A stretch of 63,232 bases of DNA, counting the filler, from Octopus bimaculoides (Eukaryota), in NCBI RefSeq assembly GCF_001194135.2. It is 4 parts of 4 records of this genome, joined end to end, with 100 filler letters (N's around TTAATTAATTAA, not from the genome) between each part and the next. Parts side by side here need not be neighbours in the genome. Positions count along the whole stretch, not along the records: positions 1 to 29,375 come from NC_068982.1; 3 more parts are not named here. The stretch is one strand, 5' to 3'. The notes below the pieces were generated by a model. The model searched no databases and was not told the DNA's origin. It saw nothing but the letters and a program-made list of their open reading frames with translations. The translations under genes were made by a program, and so were the position numbers. Shown piece after piece: positions 13,027 through 25,391 of this stretch; positions within the stretch are counted from its first letter, which is position 1, and every line of letters starts with the position of its first letter.

Positions 13027-13864
13027 TTTATTATTATTTTATTATTATTAATATTATTATTATTATTATTATTAGCGCACGGGGCAAAATGCATCTAAAT
13101 AATTTCAAGTGAAGAAATAGGACAATGACAGAATCATATCCCGTAAACAACACACATTTGTCCAATCCCAGGCAAAATCAAAGTCATCAGAGTCCCAAGT
13201 GTGACTTCATAGTAAAATCCACACCTGGACTCAAATTACATTCTTGCATCTATCACAATAAGTTACAGCTTCTTTTACTTCTTAATCTTTTTTTTTTAAA
13301 CTCTCCCCTTCAAACACTCATACGTCGAAATGGACATGTGTGACCATCATTCCGGTTCTTCGTTTTAAGTTCAAAATCCGTCATGGTCGACTTTACCTTT
13401 CATTTTTTCGAGATCGATGAAATAAAGTACCAGTTGAGCACTGGGTCGATGGCATCGACTAACCCCCTACCCTAAAATTGTTTGTCACGTGCCAAAATTA
13501 GAAAATTATTTCAGCAAGGAATTGTAAATTTAGNNNNNNNNNNNNNNNNNNNNNNNNNNNNNNNNNNNNNNNNNNNNNNNNNNNNNNNNNNNNNNNNNNN
13601 NNNNNNNNNNNNNNNNNNNNNNNNNNNNNNNNNNNNNNNNNNNNNNNNNNNNNNNNNNNNNNNNNNNNNNNNNNNNNNNNNNNNNNNNNNNNNNNNNNNN
13701 NNNNNNNNNNNNNNNNNNNNNNNNNNNNNNNNNNNNNNNNNNNNNNNNNNNNNNNNNNNNNNNNNNNNNNNNNNNNNNNNNNNNNNNNNNNNNNNNNNNN
13801 NNNNNNNNNNNGTGCAAGTAAGATATATCTCTCAATTATCATCATCATCATCATCATCATCATC

Positions 13865-13895
<31 letters not shown>

Positions 13896-13926
13896 GTTAT
13901 TGTTATTATTATTATTATTATTATTT

Positions 13927-14463
13927 AAGATGTCGCACAGTATCAGATATCGTGATGTTGTTGATTGAAGATAGTGTATCTACCAGAGGTTTGTACTGTC
14001 TGTCAAGTCACAACAAGGACCTCAGACTGACAGTTCTTTATGTAATATGCGTGCAGCTCCAAGTAATGCCGATTTTTGCAATACACCTAGATTGTAGGGT
14101 ATTTCTAAAGTTTCTAGATGTTTCTTCAGCTTGGGTGGTATTGAACCCAATGCTCCGATGACAACAAGGAAAATCTTTATGTTTAACTTTCGTAGCTGCC
14201 ACATCTTGGTGATCTCAGTTCTCAGGTCTCCGTATTTATCAATCGTTTCTCTTTCTTAAATGATAATATGTTGATCTCCTGGCACTGCTACGTCGATTAT
14301 TAGGCACCCTTGTTTGTCCTTCCTAAAGGTTGCTATATCCGGCCTTCGGTATTCTAACACCTTGTTTGTCTGGACGTCAAAGGCCCAGAGTATTTTTGAC
14401 TTACCCTTTTCTTCCATTACCTTTCCGGTATATGTTGGTACCAAGCACCCGTTACCTCGTATT
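13927..14463 (-). mobile_element. 5'-truncated Dong/R4-like LINE 3' end inside a TAA tract
   Basis: KILWAFDVQTNKVLEYRRPDI...LIIDVAVPGD (RLE PD..D) and MWQLRKLNIKIFLVVIGALG...LQKSALLGAARILHKELSV*, with (TTA)n on both flanks. Confidence 0.85.
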
Positions 14464-14508
14464 CATACTTATTATTATTATTATTATTATTATTATATTT
14501 ATTAGTAA

Positions 14509-14555
<47 letters not shown>

Positions 14556-14819
14556 GCCGACGTTTACTTTACCTTTCATCGTTACGGGATCTATAAAATA
14601 AGTACCAGTTGAGCACTAGGGTCGATGTTGTTGATGGAGTTGGTGATGGTAGTGTTCGTGGTTGTATTGTCGTTGCAGTTGGTTGATGTCTGTGGTTATG
14701 TCACTTTTATGGAGTGGGGAGTCTTACCCCCTCCCAGGAATTGTTGGCCTTGTGTCAAAATTTTAAAACATTATCATTATTATTATTATTGTTGTTGTTA
14801 TTATTATTACTTATAGTGG

Positions 14820-17160
14820 CTAGACGCGTGTGGTATAGCTCGTAAGTTTTTAACGTGTAATTTGTGTCTCCAACAGTTGTTGTTTAATATTCTTACAAAA
14901 CGTTTGCCGAAACCACCAGCATCGCATAGGTCTCGTTTGTTTGTTTGTTTGTTAGTTAGTTAGTTCGTTTGTTTGTTTGCCTATACCTCTCGGTGGGGTT
15001 CAAATTCGAAAGTAAAATTTTCGTTTTGTTTTGGAAAAAGTGTGCTAAAAAATAAAAGCAAACACGGTGATGTTCGCTCTGCCCAGAGACAAGGAGGAGG
15101 AAGCCAGAGGTATCTATGTGAGTGAGTGGCAATATACGTTAAAGTCCTTCACCTTCGACCCTCAAATGGAAGGGAGGGGGAACATTCACCAACTTTAAAG
15201 TCCAGTGGACTATACTACCACTGTTGACGACTAACGGCAGCAGTAGCAACAACCACTACAACATAGCACGAGAATTTAATTCCAACTATGAAATTGACTC
15301 CCCACTCCATAAAAGTGACATAACCACAGGCATCAACCAACTGTGACAATACGACCACGAACACTACCATTACCAACTCCATCCACAACGTACAGCGACA
15401 TCTATTCGGTGGTCAAAGTAAATAGACACTTCTCAGGATCGTTTAACATCGCACGTTTGGTGCATCACGGACGCCCACTTCTACCCCTTTTGAGCGTGCT
15501 GGCTCTCAAGCCATTGTTACGGAAACTGAATGTTTTGAGAAGTATCCTGCGTGAACTAGAATGTGGAAGGTTTGTGTCGGCTTGTACGGACGACGTCACC
15601 GTACTAGTGTCGAAAATCTTGGAAATCGAGGTGATCGGCACTACTCTAAAGCTGTAAGAAGCGGTGACAGAAGAATAAACCAGAAGTCGGTAGGCCGGCG
15701 GTTCTATACCTGGAGAGGCAGGTCCATACTGTCCGACGGCTACATTAGGCGCAGGTCGAAAGGCCCGATTAAAATGCTCGAAGTTTTGTTTTGGTTNNNN
15801 NNNNNNNNNNNNNNNNNNNNNNNNNNNNNNNNNNNNNNNNNNNNNNNNNNNNNNNNNNNNNNNNNNNNNNNNNNNNNNNNNNNNNNNNNNNNNNNNNNNN
15901 NNNNNNNNNNNNNNNNNNNNNNNNNNNNNNNNNNNNNNNNNNNNNNNNNNNNNNNNNNNNNNNNNNNNNNNNNNNNNNNNNNNNNNNNNNNNNNNNNNNN
16001 NNNNNNNNNNNNNNNNNNNNNNNNNNNNNNNNNNNNNNNNNNNNNNNNNNNNNNNNNNNNNNNNNNNNNNNNNNNNNNNNNNNNNNNNNNNNNNNNNNNN
16101 NNNNNNNNNNNNNNNNNNNNNNNNNNNNNNNNNNNNNNNNNNNNNNNNNNNNNNNNNNNNNNNNNNNNNNNNNNNNNNNNNNNNNNNNNNNNNNNNTTCA
16201 GCGTTTTCCTGACGGTGAGCAGATGTGGTTGTCGTTTGTTCGATAGGATTTTTGCGCAGCAGCTTGTCTCAGTAAAGGAGTTACAGTCCTGGATCAAGCG
16301 TAGACTGGGAAAGGGCGTTTGACACTTGGAGCATCTACAAATGCTCGCAGCGCCCTGTCCATCGGACAATGCAGTTGGTGGAAGTTCCACATTGGAGTTC
16401 TATAGAAGGGTAGTGGCAGACAAGAACCACGACGTCCTTGGGCAAACTTCGGTGTTGGGGAAGATCAAGTAGCTGGTCTTTTCCGGAGGACTTTCGGGCC
16501 GGGACCGATGGATATTTTTCAGAAACCCCTGTTTTAACGGTGCTATTGGGGGGCTCTGTCGGTTTAAGGCAAACTCTATACGCATGGAAATGCTGTCAGA
16601 TGGATCTGATCAAGATGTGCTCAGGGCCATGTAACCGTTCTGCATGCAATTGTCCAGCATCTAGACATTGTTGACTTGTGGAGCTTTGCTGAACAGCAGT
16701 TGATGCGTGTAGAATGAGTCTGGTTATCAGCCAAGCCCATTGTGAGGATCGCCTCACCACCTTCTTTTGGCCGGGAAGGAAAGACAGTTTTCCTCTGTTT
16801 AGTCACTATGGCGAAAGAGGAAGTGTGATGGACGAGGTTGAAAAGACTGAAGACAGATACTTTCCTTTTCGGCTAAGCCCTCATCGACTTTTTCAAGTTC
16901 CACTTGAAAAGGTGAGGGTGGAGAGCGAAGTGCTGCACCCCGATATTTTTGTTGAAAGGTGGGTGAATATAGCGAGGATGGCCGGTGTGAATATACGCTT
17001 GCCTGCTAGGTGAGGAGAGGAGGAGAGAGGTGCCTACCTGAAGTACCTTGTGCGGTCTTGGTGAAGAGGATGTGAAGAGGATGTGAAGAGGATGTGAAGA
17101 GGATGTGTGGGGTTCCCCTTTTGGGGAATATTATTGTTTAAATTTTGTTAATCGTTATTG
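14820..17160 (+). mobile_element. Tx1/L1-clade LINE remnant (RT C-half and 3' end; possible 5' UTR/ORF1 start)
   Basis: GRPLLPLLSVLALKPLLRKL resembles QGCPLSPLLYVLALEPLLRKL, SACTDDVTVLVS resembles YADDV, and the C-terminus FHL..VRVE...FVERWVNIARMA fits. It spans an N-gap and has an 11-bp tandem repeat (GTGAAGAGGAT x4) near 17061-17105. Confidence 0.7.
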
Positions 17161-17209
17161 TTTTTATTTATACACGTAATTTTGTGCTGAGCCCCACTTG
17201 TCTCTTGTA

Positions 17210-17226
17210 TAGTCCCATTTAGTTCG

Positions 17227-17282
<56 letters not shown>

Positions 17283-17288
17283 CATCAT

Positions 17289-17360
<72 letters not shown>
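17210..17360. repeat. Compound (TTA)n(TAG)n microsatellite
   Basis: Read directly from the sequence. Confidence 0.95.
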
Positions 17361-17361
<1 letters not shown>

Positions 17362-19124
17362 TATTTGTAGTTGCTGCTGTTTTCTTGTTGAGACAACTTT
17401 TCGTGTTTCACCTCGCACTTTCAATGTCGTAGATTTTTGTCAAATAATTGCGTGTTTTATATTTTCCCGTTTGAGGAAAAGTATTTAATTTGAGAAGGAA
17501 ATTTCAATTCGTAAACTAAGAATATGGCTACCCCATGCAGACACCCCACCACTAAACATTGAACGTAAAACAAGCATACTTTTAGAACAAAAAGATAAAC
17601 AAACACAAAAAGCTTCATTGCTGAAAAACAAAATAATCTTTTATAACGCAAAATAATTTCATTTCGATCAATCTAAATGACACGATTAACAACAGTAGCC
17701 CTACACTACACACTCACAGGCATTTCACTAAGCAAAGGAACATGTGAAAAGTCTGAATTGACTCATTGTCAGTTTGTCCATTTTCGATTGCCTCATCATT
17801 AGTTTTATGGAATTGCATAACATTTGTGATCAAGGGGACTCTTCATGGGTATAAATATCCAAACGCCCCCACGGATGACATGAAGCCATTTTCGGATGCC
17901 ATAAAGTTCAGCTGTAGTTGTAAGAAGGAAGGCTATGAGACAGAGAGTCAAGCTGCAACATGTGTAGAAGTTAGGGTCACTTGAAAGCTTTCTGCATAAA
18001 GAAAATTAAAGAACAGAGAAGAAAAGAGATCACAGAAGCTGCTGTTCTTAGGGAAACACCACTCGCAACTTTAGAAAGGTAGAAGAAATCCCTTTTCCCT
18101 CGGTCCCAAGAACTAAAAAAGAGAAAACCGATAATAAATTCAACCAAATTGATCGGTAAGTCGAAAACCAAGAAGTCAGAGTCTACTCTTCCAGTAGTAG
18201 CCTCCTATTGTCTTGCATGAAGGTATAAAAATGTTAGCAATAGAAACTAAAATATAAAAAAAGAACCCTAAAAGTAAGAATTGACCCAAATTGAATAAAC
18301 AAAGAAGCGTTTTCCTTTCCCTTCGAAGAAACCAGAATTCAGAAACTCATCTCCTCCTGGAACACCATGATTTCTTCAGTGGCAAGAACATCTAACGAAA
18401 AATCGATGAATTTCCTGAACGTCGTGCATGAAGAGAGTTGATTTGCGAAGATATGAGGAGAAAATTTAACGAACACCCGAACGACAAACTCTTGAGGAAG
18501 ACCATATCTTGGCAGATGGAAGACCATTTCTTGGCAGATGTACCAGAACCATGTAGAGGATATGAAATGCCTCTTTCCGACTCCGGATTTGCTCAAAGAA
18601 ATAGACATTTCTAACACTACAATAATTGTAGTGTTATGGGAATGCAATCATGCTGGAATTGTGGGGAGCTCTGATTTAACTTAGAAGGCGGTTTCTCATC
18701 CACGTTCCACCGGGATTTTCTGCTTAGTTTCTTGTTTCTTTAAATTATAACTTATGAAATTATCTCTGCTCTTTTATCTAATCATCTGATTATTTTGTGT
18801 AGTTATTTTCTGTGATGTTAGTACTTATAAAATGTTTTAATGTATTTTATGACATCTCTGCTCCTCCCGCCTTTTTATATAACTTTGTTGTACATCATCT
18901 TATCTCTTTTATAACAAGTCTATTGTATATGTGATTGGGATCTGGAAGCTCAATGAAAACTTATTAATGTTGATGTTGATATCACAATTTTAGAATATAA
19001 AATTTCATATTATCTACATTCGGTTCAAGCTTTTGAAATTAATCAAGGAGAATGGTCTTTATCTGTGGATATGCTAATACTCTTTAATTACTGCTAGAGG
19101 TTAAACGTTTTAAGCCCCGGCGGT

Positions 19125-19415
19125 TGAGCTGCTGCATTCCAGACCCGCCAAGTTTGATAATGTGGAGAGAGGTAGACGTTATGCCGGTTGATGGAAAAAC
19201 ACATGGATATCGGTTTCAAATTTTGGTACAAGGCCAGCGATTATAGGTAAGGGAAGTGGGTAAATCGATTGCATTTACCTCAGTGTTCAACTGGTCCTTA
19301 TTCTATCGACCCCGAACGGATGAAAGGAATATAAACTCAGAACATAAAGGCGGATGATATGCCTCTAAGTATTTTACCCGGCGTGGTAACGATTCTGCCA
19401 GCATACCGCCTTAGA
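19125..19415 (-). mobile_element. tRNA-headed SINE, family 3
   Basis: Reverse complement gives AAGGCGGTATGCTGGCAGAATCGTT...TTCGGGGTCGATAGAATAAGGACCAGTTG, homologous to the copies at 61310-62245. Confidence 0.7.
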
Positions 19416-20491
19416 ACATGGATATTGACAGATAAAAAACTGTGCAAATGGAGTTTGGTTAAAAAGTTTCAATATGAAAAGAAAAAAAAGCAATTCATCT
19501 CAGAACTCTAACACAATGATGAAAATACATATTGACCGACATAGTTAACATATTGATTGATATAGTGACAGACATTGATTGATACTTCGACTGACGCAAT
19601 GACTGACATATTGAGTAAAAAAAAAGCCCACTTGACTTATCTACAACAGTCACTCATGCATTCAAACCTCGGACCTATGGATATATATTATCTCCGCTTT
19701 TTATTCTTTTACTGGTGCTACTTCTACTTCCGCTCGTTAGTGCTGGCTGCTCTACTTATCCCTTCCGATAACCAACTTTCGTCTCGCACATCCATTCCAC
19801 TTTCAGCAGCTACTACACTCATTCCTTTTACTCTTGCCCATGTTTCTTTTTGTGGTCGCTAATTTGTTCAAGAGAAACAATAACCCGTGCATATCTCACC
19901 AGTTTGGAGGGACTGTGAAAGTGTTGGTCACAATCCCTTTCTGTACAATATTTAAAAGATGTATATCTGTAAAACTACTAACTTTATAAAAATGAACACT
20001 ATATATTGAGAAGTAGTTCAGAATATTGCATTAGTCACTATTTTATCGATGGTTCCCTTAAATGAAATAACATAGATTAGCTCTCAGAATCAGTATATAT
20101 TGTAAATGAAGTAGTTTGAATTTCCGTCTTGTAACATTTGTTTCTCCATTACAGCTCTCAGAAACTCTTGCTCCTTACTAATCTTACCACAAGAAACATA
20201 CTATTTAGAACATTTCCCTTCTACATTCTTCTTGCGAGATATCTCAATAATACGAGATAGGCAGCTATGCGAGCTTCTATATTGTTGCTTGACTTGCTAG
20301 AAACAGCTGCCAAGCATCTGACAAAAGAAAAAAAATGTATTAGATAATGTTGTCCTAAGTGCACCTTACTTGAAAAAATCTGTATTGTTACAGTGGGGTC
20401 GGCTTTAATTGTGGGTTATTTCTTTCTGGACTTAACTGGGCTAAAAAACAACCTCATCGACACCAACATGCACAGACGGAACTATGGTATA

Positions 20492-20905
20492 CTCTTTTAC
20501 TCTTTTACTTGTTTCAGTCATTTGACTGCGGCCATGCTGGAGCACCACCTTTAGTCGAATCAAATCGACCCCAGGACTTATTCTTTGTAAGCCTAGTACT
20601 TATTCTATTGGTCTCTTTTGCCGAACCGCTAAGTGACAGGGACATAAACACACCAGCATCGGTTGTCAAGCGATGGTGGGGGAGACAAACACAGACACAC
20701 AAACACACACATACATATATATATATATATACATATATACGACGGACTTCTTTCAGTTTCCGTCTACCAAATCCACTCACAAGGCTTTGGTCGGCCCGAG
20801 GCTATAGTAGAAGACACTTGCCCAAAGTGTCACGCAGTGGGACTGAACCCGGAACCATGTGGTTAGTAAGCAAGCTACTTACCACACAGCCACTCCTGCG
20901 TCTAT
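20492..20905 (-). mobile_element. tRNA-headed SINE, family 1
   Basis: The head reads GGAGTGGCTGTGTGGTAAG...CCGGGTTCAGTCCC (A/B boxes) on the minus strand. Near full length. Confidence 0.85.
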
Positions 20906-20965
20906 AGCTACTTACCACACATCCATATAATCTTATTATAAATGAATGACAGTAAAGAGATCTAC

Positions 20966-21140
20966 CTATATTGCCTGTGGCGAGTGACTTATTATTTTCA
21001 TTAGTTTTAAGCGTCTCCTCACACCCTGTATTTTCATTGGAATCTTGGTTGCTTTGGTTGCCATTCCACGGATACACGTCCCCTTCATTGGAAGAAGTAA
21101 ATACTGGGCTAGACGCGCAGATCTCCAGTTTGCTATCAAT
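20966..21140 (-). CDS. Internal coding exon (175 nt, phase 0-1) of the same unidentified minus-strand gene
   Basis: Branch-like tctaac plus acceptor ttgttattacag, donor ATA G|gtagat. Open frame IDSKLEICASSPVFTSSNEGDVYPWNGNQSNQDSNENTGCEETLKTNENNKSLATGNI; its phase-1 end splices in frame to 11188. Confidence 0.7.
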
Positions 21141-21884
21141 CTGTAATAACAAGTATGTTAGATTTGTATGGTTACTAAAAACATCGTTACACATTATAAG
21201 AAATACAATTAAGACTCAATGAAATTTTTATAAAACTACTTTTTTGTTTCTCCCTACAACACGAAGCAAAAGAAAGTGGTTGAATGTGCTAAAGGCCTGC
21301 AGCTTTCTGACATAAATGATTCACTACAACAAAATCGATACTCTACTGATCTAATACGAATTCACCGCGGAGTTCGCTTAACCTTTTTCATCTTGCAGGG
21401 TTCGACAAATTAATAACCAGTAAATTATTGCGATTGTTGTTATTGTTTAGCCACAGGTCAGATTTGATTGAGTAGCTTCTTTGATCAAAGTACTCTAAAC
21501 ATGGTTATTACGTCTTCTTTTCAAACAATATGCCTTGGAATACATTATTGAACGTGTATTTATTTAGACGGTAAAGTGTGATTTGAGAGAATTTCGGCAG
21601 TTATTTCTTCTACGTCGAGCTACTACGTTGAGGTTACTTTCTTTTCTTCTAAACTATCACAGGTATTTCAATCGATTATACTTCCCACTAATCAAAAATA
21701 CACATGTGATTACTTCCCACTAATCAAAAATACACATGTGTATTTATATACACATGTGTATATAAATTCATAGGTAGTGAAACGTAACAGCATGCCTATT
21801 GGCAAACTCGACAGATCTATGATAAATGACATTTCAACCTTCATCAACTTTTTTCTAGAGTATAATGTCTCTAAGACTCTAGTA

Positions 21885-22345
21885 TATAACCTGGTATCAA
21901 AACGTTCCCGGACTAGTTCAGAGGTGCGCCAGCAAATGGCAGCACACGGTTGCCGTGAGAGCAAGCAGCGATCTTCTTGAGGCAGTGTGCCGAATGACAT
22001 CGCTGTGTTTCCTTCGCAAGTTGTGAAATTTGTGTTTTTGTGATCACGTGTATGCTGAGGTCTGCGATTTTTGTCATGGGCAAGAAGTTGGAACAAATAG
22101 CCAACGTGAAATTTTGCGTTAAACTTGGTAGGTGCACTACAGTGACATTGAGCATGCTTCGGCAAGGTTACAACGACGAGGCAACGGATCGTACGCAATG
22201 TTTCGAGTGGCATAGGCGCACGACAGAGTCGCAACTCAATCAAGAGCATGAGCTTGTTCATAATTTTTTTCGACATTTGCGGTATTGCTCATCGAGAATT
22301 GGTCCCCGCAGAGCCAGAACGTCAATCGAGAGTTCTACTTGCATT
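21885..22345 (+). mobile_element. Mariner-family DNA transposon fragment (5' TIR, N-terminal HTH, internal deletion)
   Basis: TIR-like ...GGTATCAAAACGTTCCCGGACT; MGKKLEQIANVKFCVKLGRC...LSMLRQGYNDEATDRTQCFEWHRR; later FFDICGIAHRELVP and QNVNREFYL in shifted frames. No 3' TIR seen. Confidence 0.75.
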
Positions 22346-22399
22346 ACAAGTAGAAATATCCGCCTTTGCCCGGGTTTATTACAACATCCTTTTTACTTG

Positions 22400-23150
22400 A
22401 TGAGTCTGAAGGAAGGAGCAGTGCCCATGATCTCTGCGTGCCTTCCGAGACTGGTAGATTAAATGTCTTTAATGTTCCGTTTTAAACTGTCACGGATCAA
22501 CAACTGCAAGAATGACATGAGCAGAGGAAAGATTCATGAAGACCAATGTTCTGAGGTGGAAGGACAAAGAATAGAGGTTAGTGTGGTGCTGAGGTTGGGT
22601 GGGGTGGTCACAATATGGATGACGAGAGGTGGAGGGATGAGTTGATCGGTATTGTCTGTGTGCTGAAGGTACAAGACTGGTCAGCTTCGAGTAAGAGTGG
22701 TTATTAAAGTAAAAAGGGAAAAAGTAATGAGATGAGATAACGCACCCACTGGCCAGAGGTTGGGACGAACAGACTTGTTAAGGACTGACAATCGGTCGAG
22801 TGGCTTGGATGCAGCACAGGGTCTCTGTTAACATACCTGCAGCACCGACTCATATATGGAGACAGTGCTACTGTATTCCATTGTAGGTCACAGTTGAGCC
22901 TTGGAGAGTATCAACGAAAGTTGTGTTAGAATATTTTCTAGCTCTAAAGTGAAAAATCAAGTCTTTGATAATTGTCTGTATTTTGGATAAATTGCTTTAA
23001 AAAGAGGTTGGTCTAGGAATGCTGATTCACTCAAACATATGTCCGAGCAACTGAGCAAAGGATTCAAACTAAGCTTCATAAAAAGGTTAAAGAATAATCT
23101 ATAAAGGAAGTAAGTGAGAAGGTAGATGAAACCAAATTCTGCTTTGGACA
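22400..23150 (-). mobile_element. CR1/L2-like LINE post-RT fragment, decayed
   Basis: Minus-strand KAQL*PTMEYSS resembles the YKAQVRPTMEYCS motif. The rest is disrupted. Confidence 0.45.
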
Positions 23151-23214
23151 ACGGTGGCTTTTGTGGCTAAAAATAGCAGTCAATCTTCTTCAGATTATAG
23201 CTTGTTGTTGTTGG

Positions 23215-23597
23215 CATTCCGCCGCTTACGACGTCGAGGGTTCCAGTTGATCCGATCAACGGAACAGCCTGCTCGTGAAATTAACGTGCAAGTGGCTCAG
23301 CACTCCACAGACACGTGTACCCTTAACGTAGTTCACGGGGATATTCAGTGTGATACAGAGTGTGACAAGGCTGGCCCTTTGAGATACAGGTACAACAGAA
23401 ACAGGAAGAAAGAATGAGAGAAAGTTGTGGTGAAAGAGTACAGCAGGGTTCGCCACCATCCCCTGCCGGAGCCTCGTGGACCTTTAGGTGTTTTCGCTCA
23501 ATAAACACTCACGACGCCCGGTCTGGGAAGGGAATCGAAACCGCAATCCTATGACCGCGAGTCCCTTGCCCTAACCACTGGGCCATTGCGCCCCCAC
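23215..23597 (-). mobile_element. tRNA-headed SINE, family 2, near full length
   Basis: Minus-strand head GTGGGGGCGCAATGGCCCAGTGGTTAGGGC...GCGGTTTCGATTCC contains A/B boxes. Confidence 0.85.
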
Positions 23598-24759
23598 AAG
23601 ATTATATAGCTTACTGTCTTAAAAAAGGGAATGACACATTAGATACGATAGTCTTGCCGGATCATAAATAAAAGAAATAGTCACGACTGAAATGCCTCTT
23701 TAATGGCTACTCGATAAGGGTTTTGGTGACGCAAAGCAACATCAACAACAATGCTTAGTTTTGCCTTGGGCCCTCAACTCTTTGATGAAACAAGAGCACC
23801 GTCGTGATATACGGTGTGTCTTGGGCATTTTTAAAACTGGTGGAGCCAATCACTCTTCAGATTTGGTTACAGTCGGTTACTTTCAGAAAGAGAGAGACAT
23901 AGTGGCAGAAAGAGAAGAATTAATTTCAGTGCAAGACTGCTACTTGTTTTATCAACCCCAAAATAATGAAAAGCAACATTGATTTCTATGGAATTTAAAC
24001 ATGGAGAACAGGAACAATTACCGCAAACCAATCTATTTTACACCCTAACTACTCAGCTAATCAGCCAACTGACTGTCCTAACAACAACAATAATCAAATG
24101 CTTTTATTTTGTAAGTCAGCGTTCTATTCTTCCCGCCAACAATGTCATACAATACCAGGCGAAAACTTCGTTCGCAAAAGAAAGCTTCTACTAGTGATTT
24201 ATAAATCTACTAGAGATAATAGTCAAATCTTCCACAGAACATATCTTGCAGTCCTAAATAAAGGACACATTAGATAAAATTGTATGGAAAACATAATTGC
24301 TGGAAAAAAAAATTGAATGATCTTGATTGAAATGCTCTCTATCTGAGTTTAACAAGATCATCGCTGGCATAGGCGTAAGCAACAACCATAATAACGACGG
24401 CAACAGTAAGTATCTACTATAAGAATACTCTTGCGGTTTTCTCTGTCACAACATATGATGGCAAATTTGGTAGTGGGATGATGGAAATTCTACGGTGATA
24501 AAAATATCAAACAGCGTTTCAACTCTGTGTGAGTATATGTGTATGTATGTAAAAGGGAGGCATGTGAATGTTTGTATGTGTGAACCAGCGTTCTTTCAGT
24601 AACAAACGATGATCGATGTCACATCTCAAAAGACAACCACTAGATAACATTGACAAGTATATTAATTTAATTTACCATCCATATTCTATCCCGTATTTAG
24701 TCGCGGTCAGCTTTATGTGGCCTTAATTCGTACAAGAAAGAAGGAAAACTTGAAAATTC

Positions 24760-25391
24760 GGATCTATTTCAAAACGGGGGCACCAATATTTTCTTAACGA
24801 AACACTAACGAAACACTTTGAAACTTGGGACACTGGTAGAATGTGTCATATAAAACATCTTTTACTCTTCGTCTTCTTAACAAAAAAAACGTACATCGCA
24901 AGTTATTCCATGTTAAAGTTGTCGTATTTCTGTAATTTCAACCAATCACTGACGTCTATTCAGCTCAATAGAGTTACTGCTGGGCGGTCATAAAAATGTT
25001 ATTCCCTGTGACATATTTCATCCGGTTTAATCGTAATTTATACGCATATATTGTTTATATAATAAATTACGCTGTGTGTATCTATGTGTGTAACAATTTT
25101 AGAGTTCGGATTCTAGAGTTAGGGTTCGTTTTAGGGTTAGGGTTAGGGTTAGGGGATTAATACGATATACACCGTTACAGCGCTAACTGTTTTCAACTGA
25201 ATAGACGTTAGTGATTAGTAGAAATTATCGAAATAAGACAATTTTTTACATGAAATAAATTCGAATACAAACATTTTTTTCTGTTCTATAACACAAAATA
25301 GATAAGTATACGAAGTTTGAAAGTCTTTCGGTACCAAAAACACTACATAAAACATAAATGAAAACTGGTGCCCCCGTTTTGAAATAGATCC
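24760..25391. mobile_element. Non-autonomous DNA transposon (MITE), 26-bp perfect TIRs, 8-bp TSD, internal TTAGGG repeats
   Basis: GGATCTATTTCAAAACGGGGGCACCA at 24760-24785 and its exact reverse complement at 25366-25391. GAAAATTC is repeated at 24752-24759 and 25392-25399. Confidence 0.9.

Noticed and set aside
17720-17992. Minus-strand exon-like signals (tttatgcag ... CT|gtgagt)
   Set aside because: All three frames have stops, and the region reads better as part of a decayed plus-strand element.
21688-21760. 32-bp local tandem duplication (also a ~44-bp unit x2 at about 52045-52140)
   Set aside because: Ordinary slippage duplications, with no spacer structure or cas genes; not CRISPR-like.
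22400-22547. Excellent-looking minus-strand acceptor (ctaacctctattctttgtccttccacctcag)
   Set aside because: Stops follow in all frames within 20 codons, and it lies inside a LINE remnant.
23765-23882. Acceptor-like ctctctctttctgaaag followed by a coding-like stretch on the minus strand
   Set aside because: There are early stops in all frames and no canonical donor.
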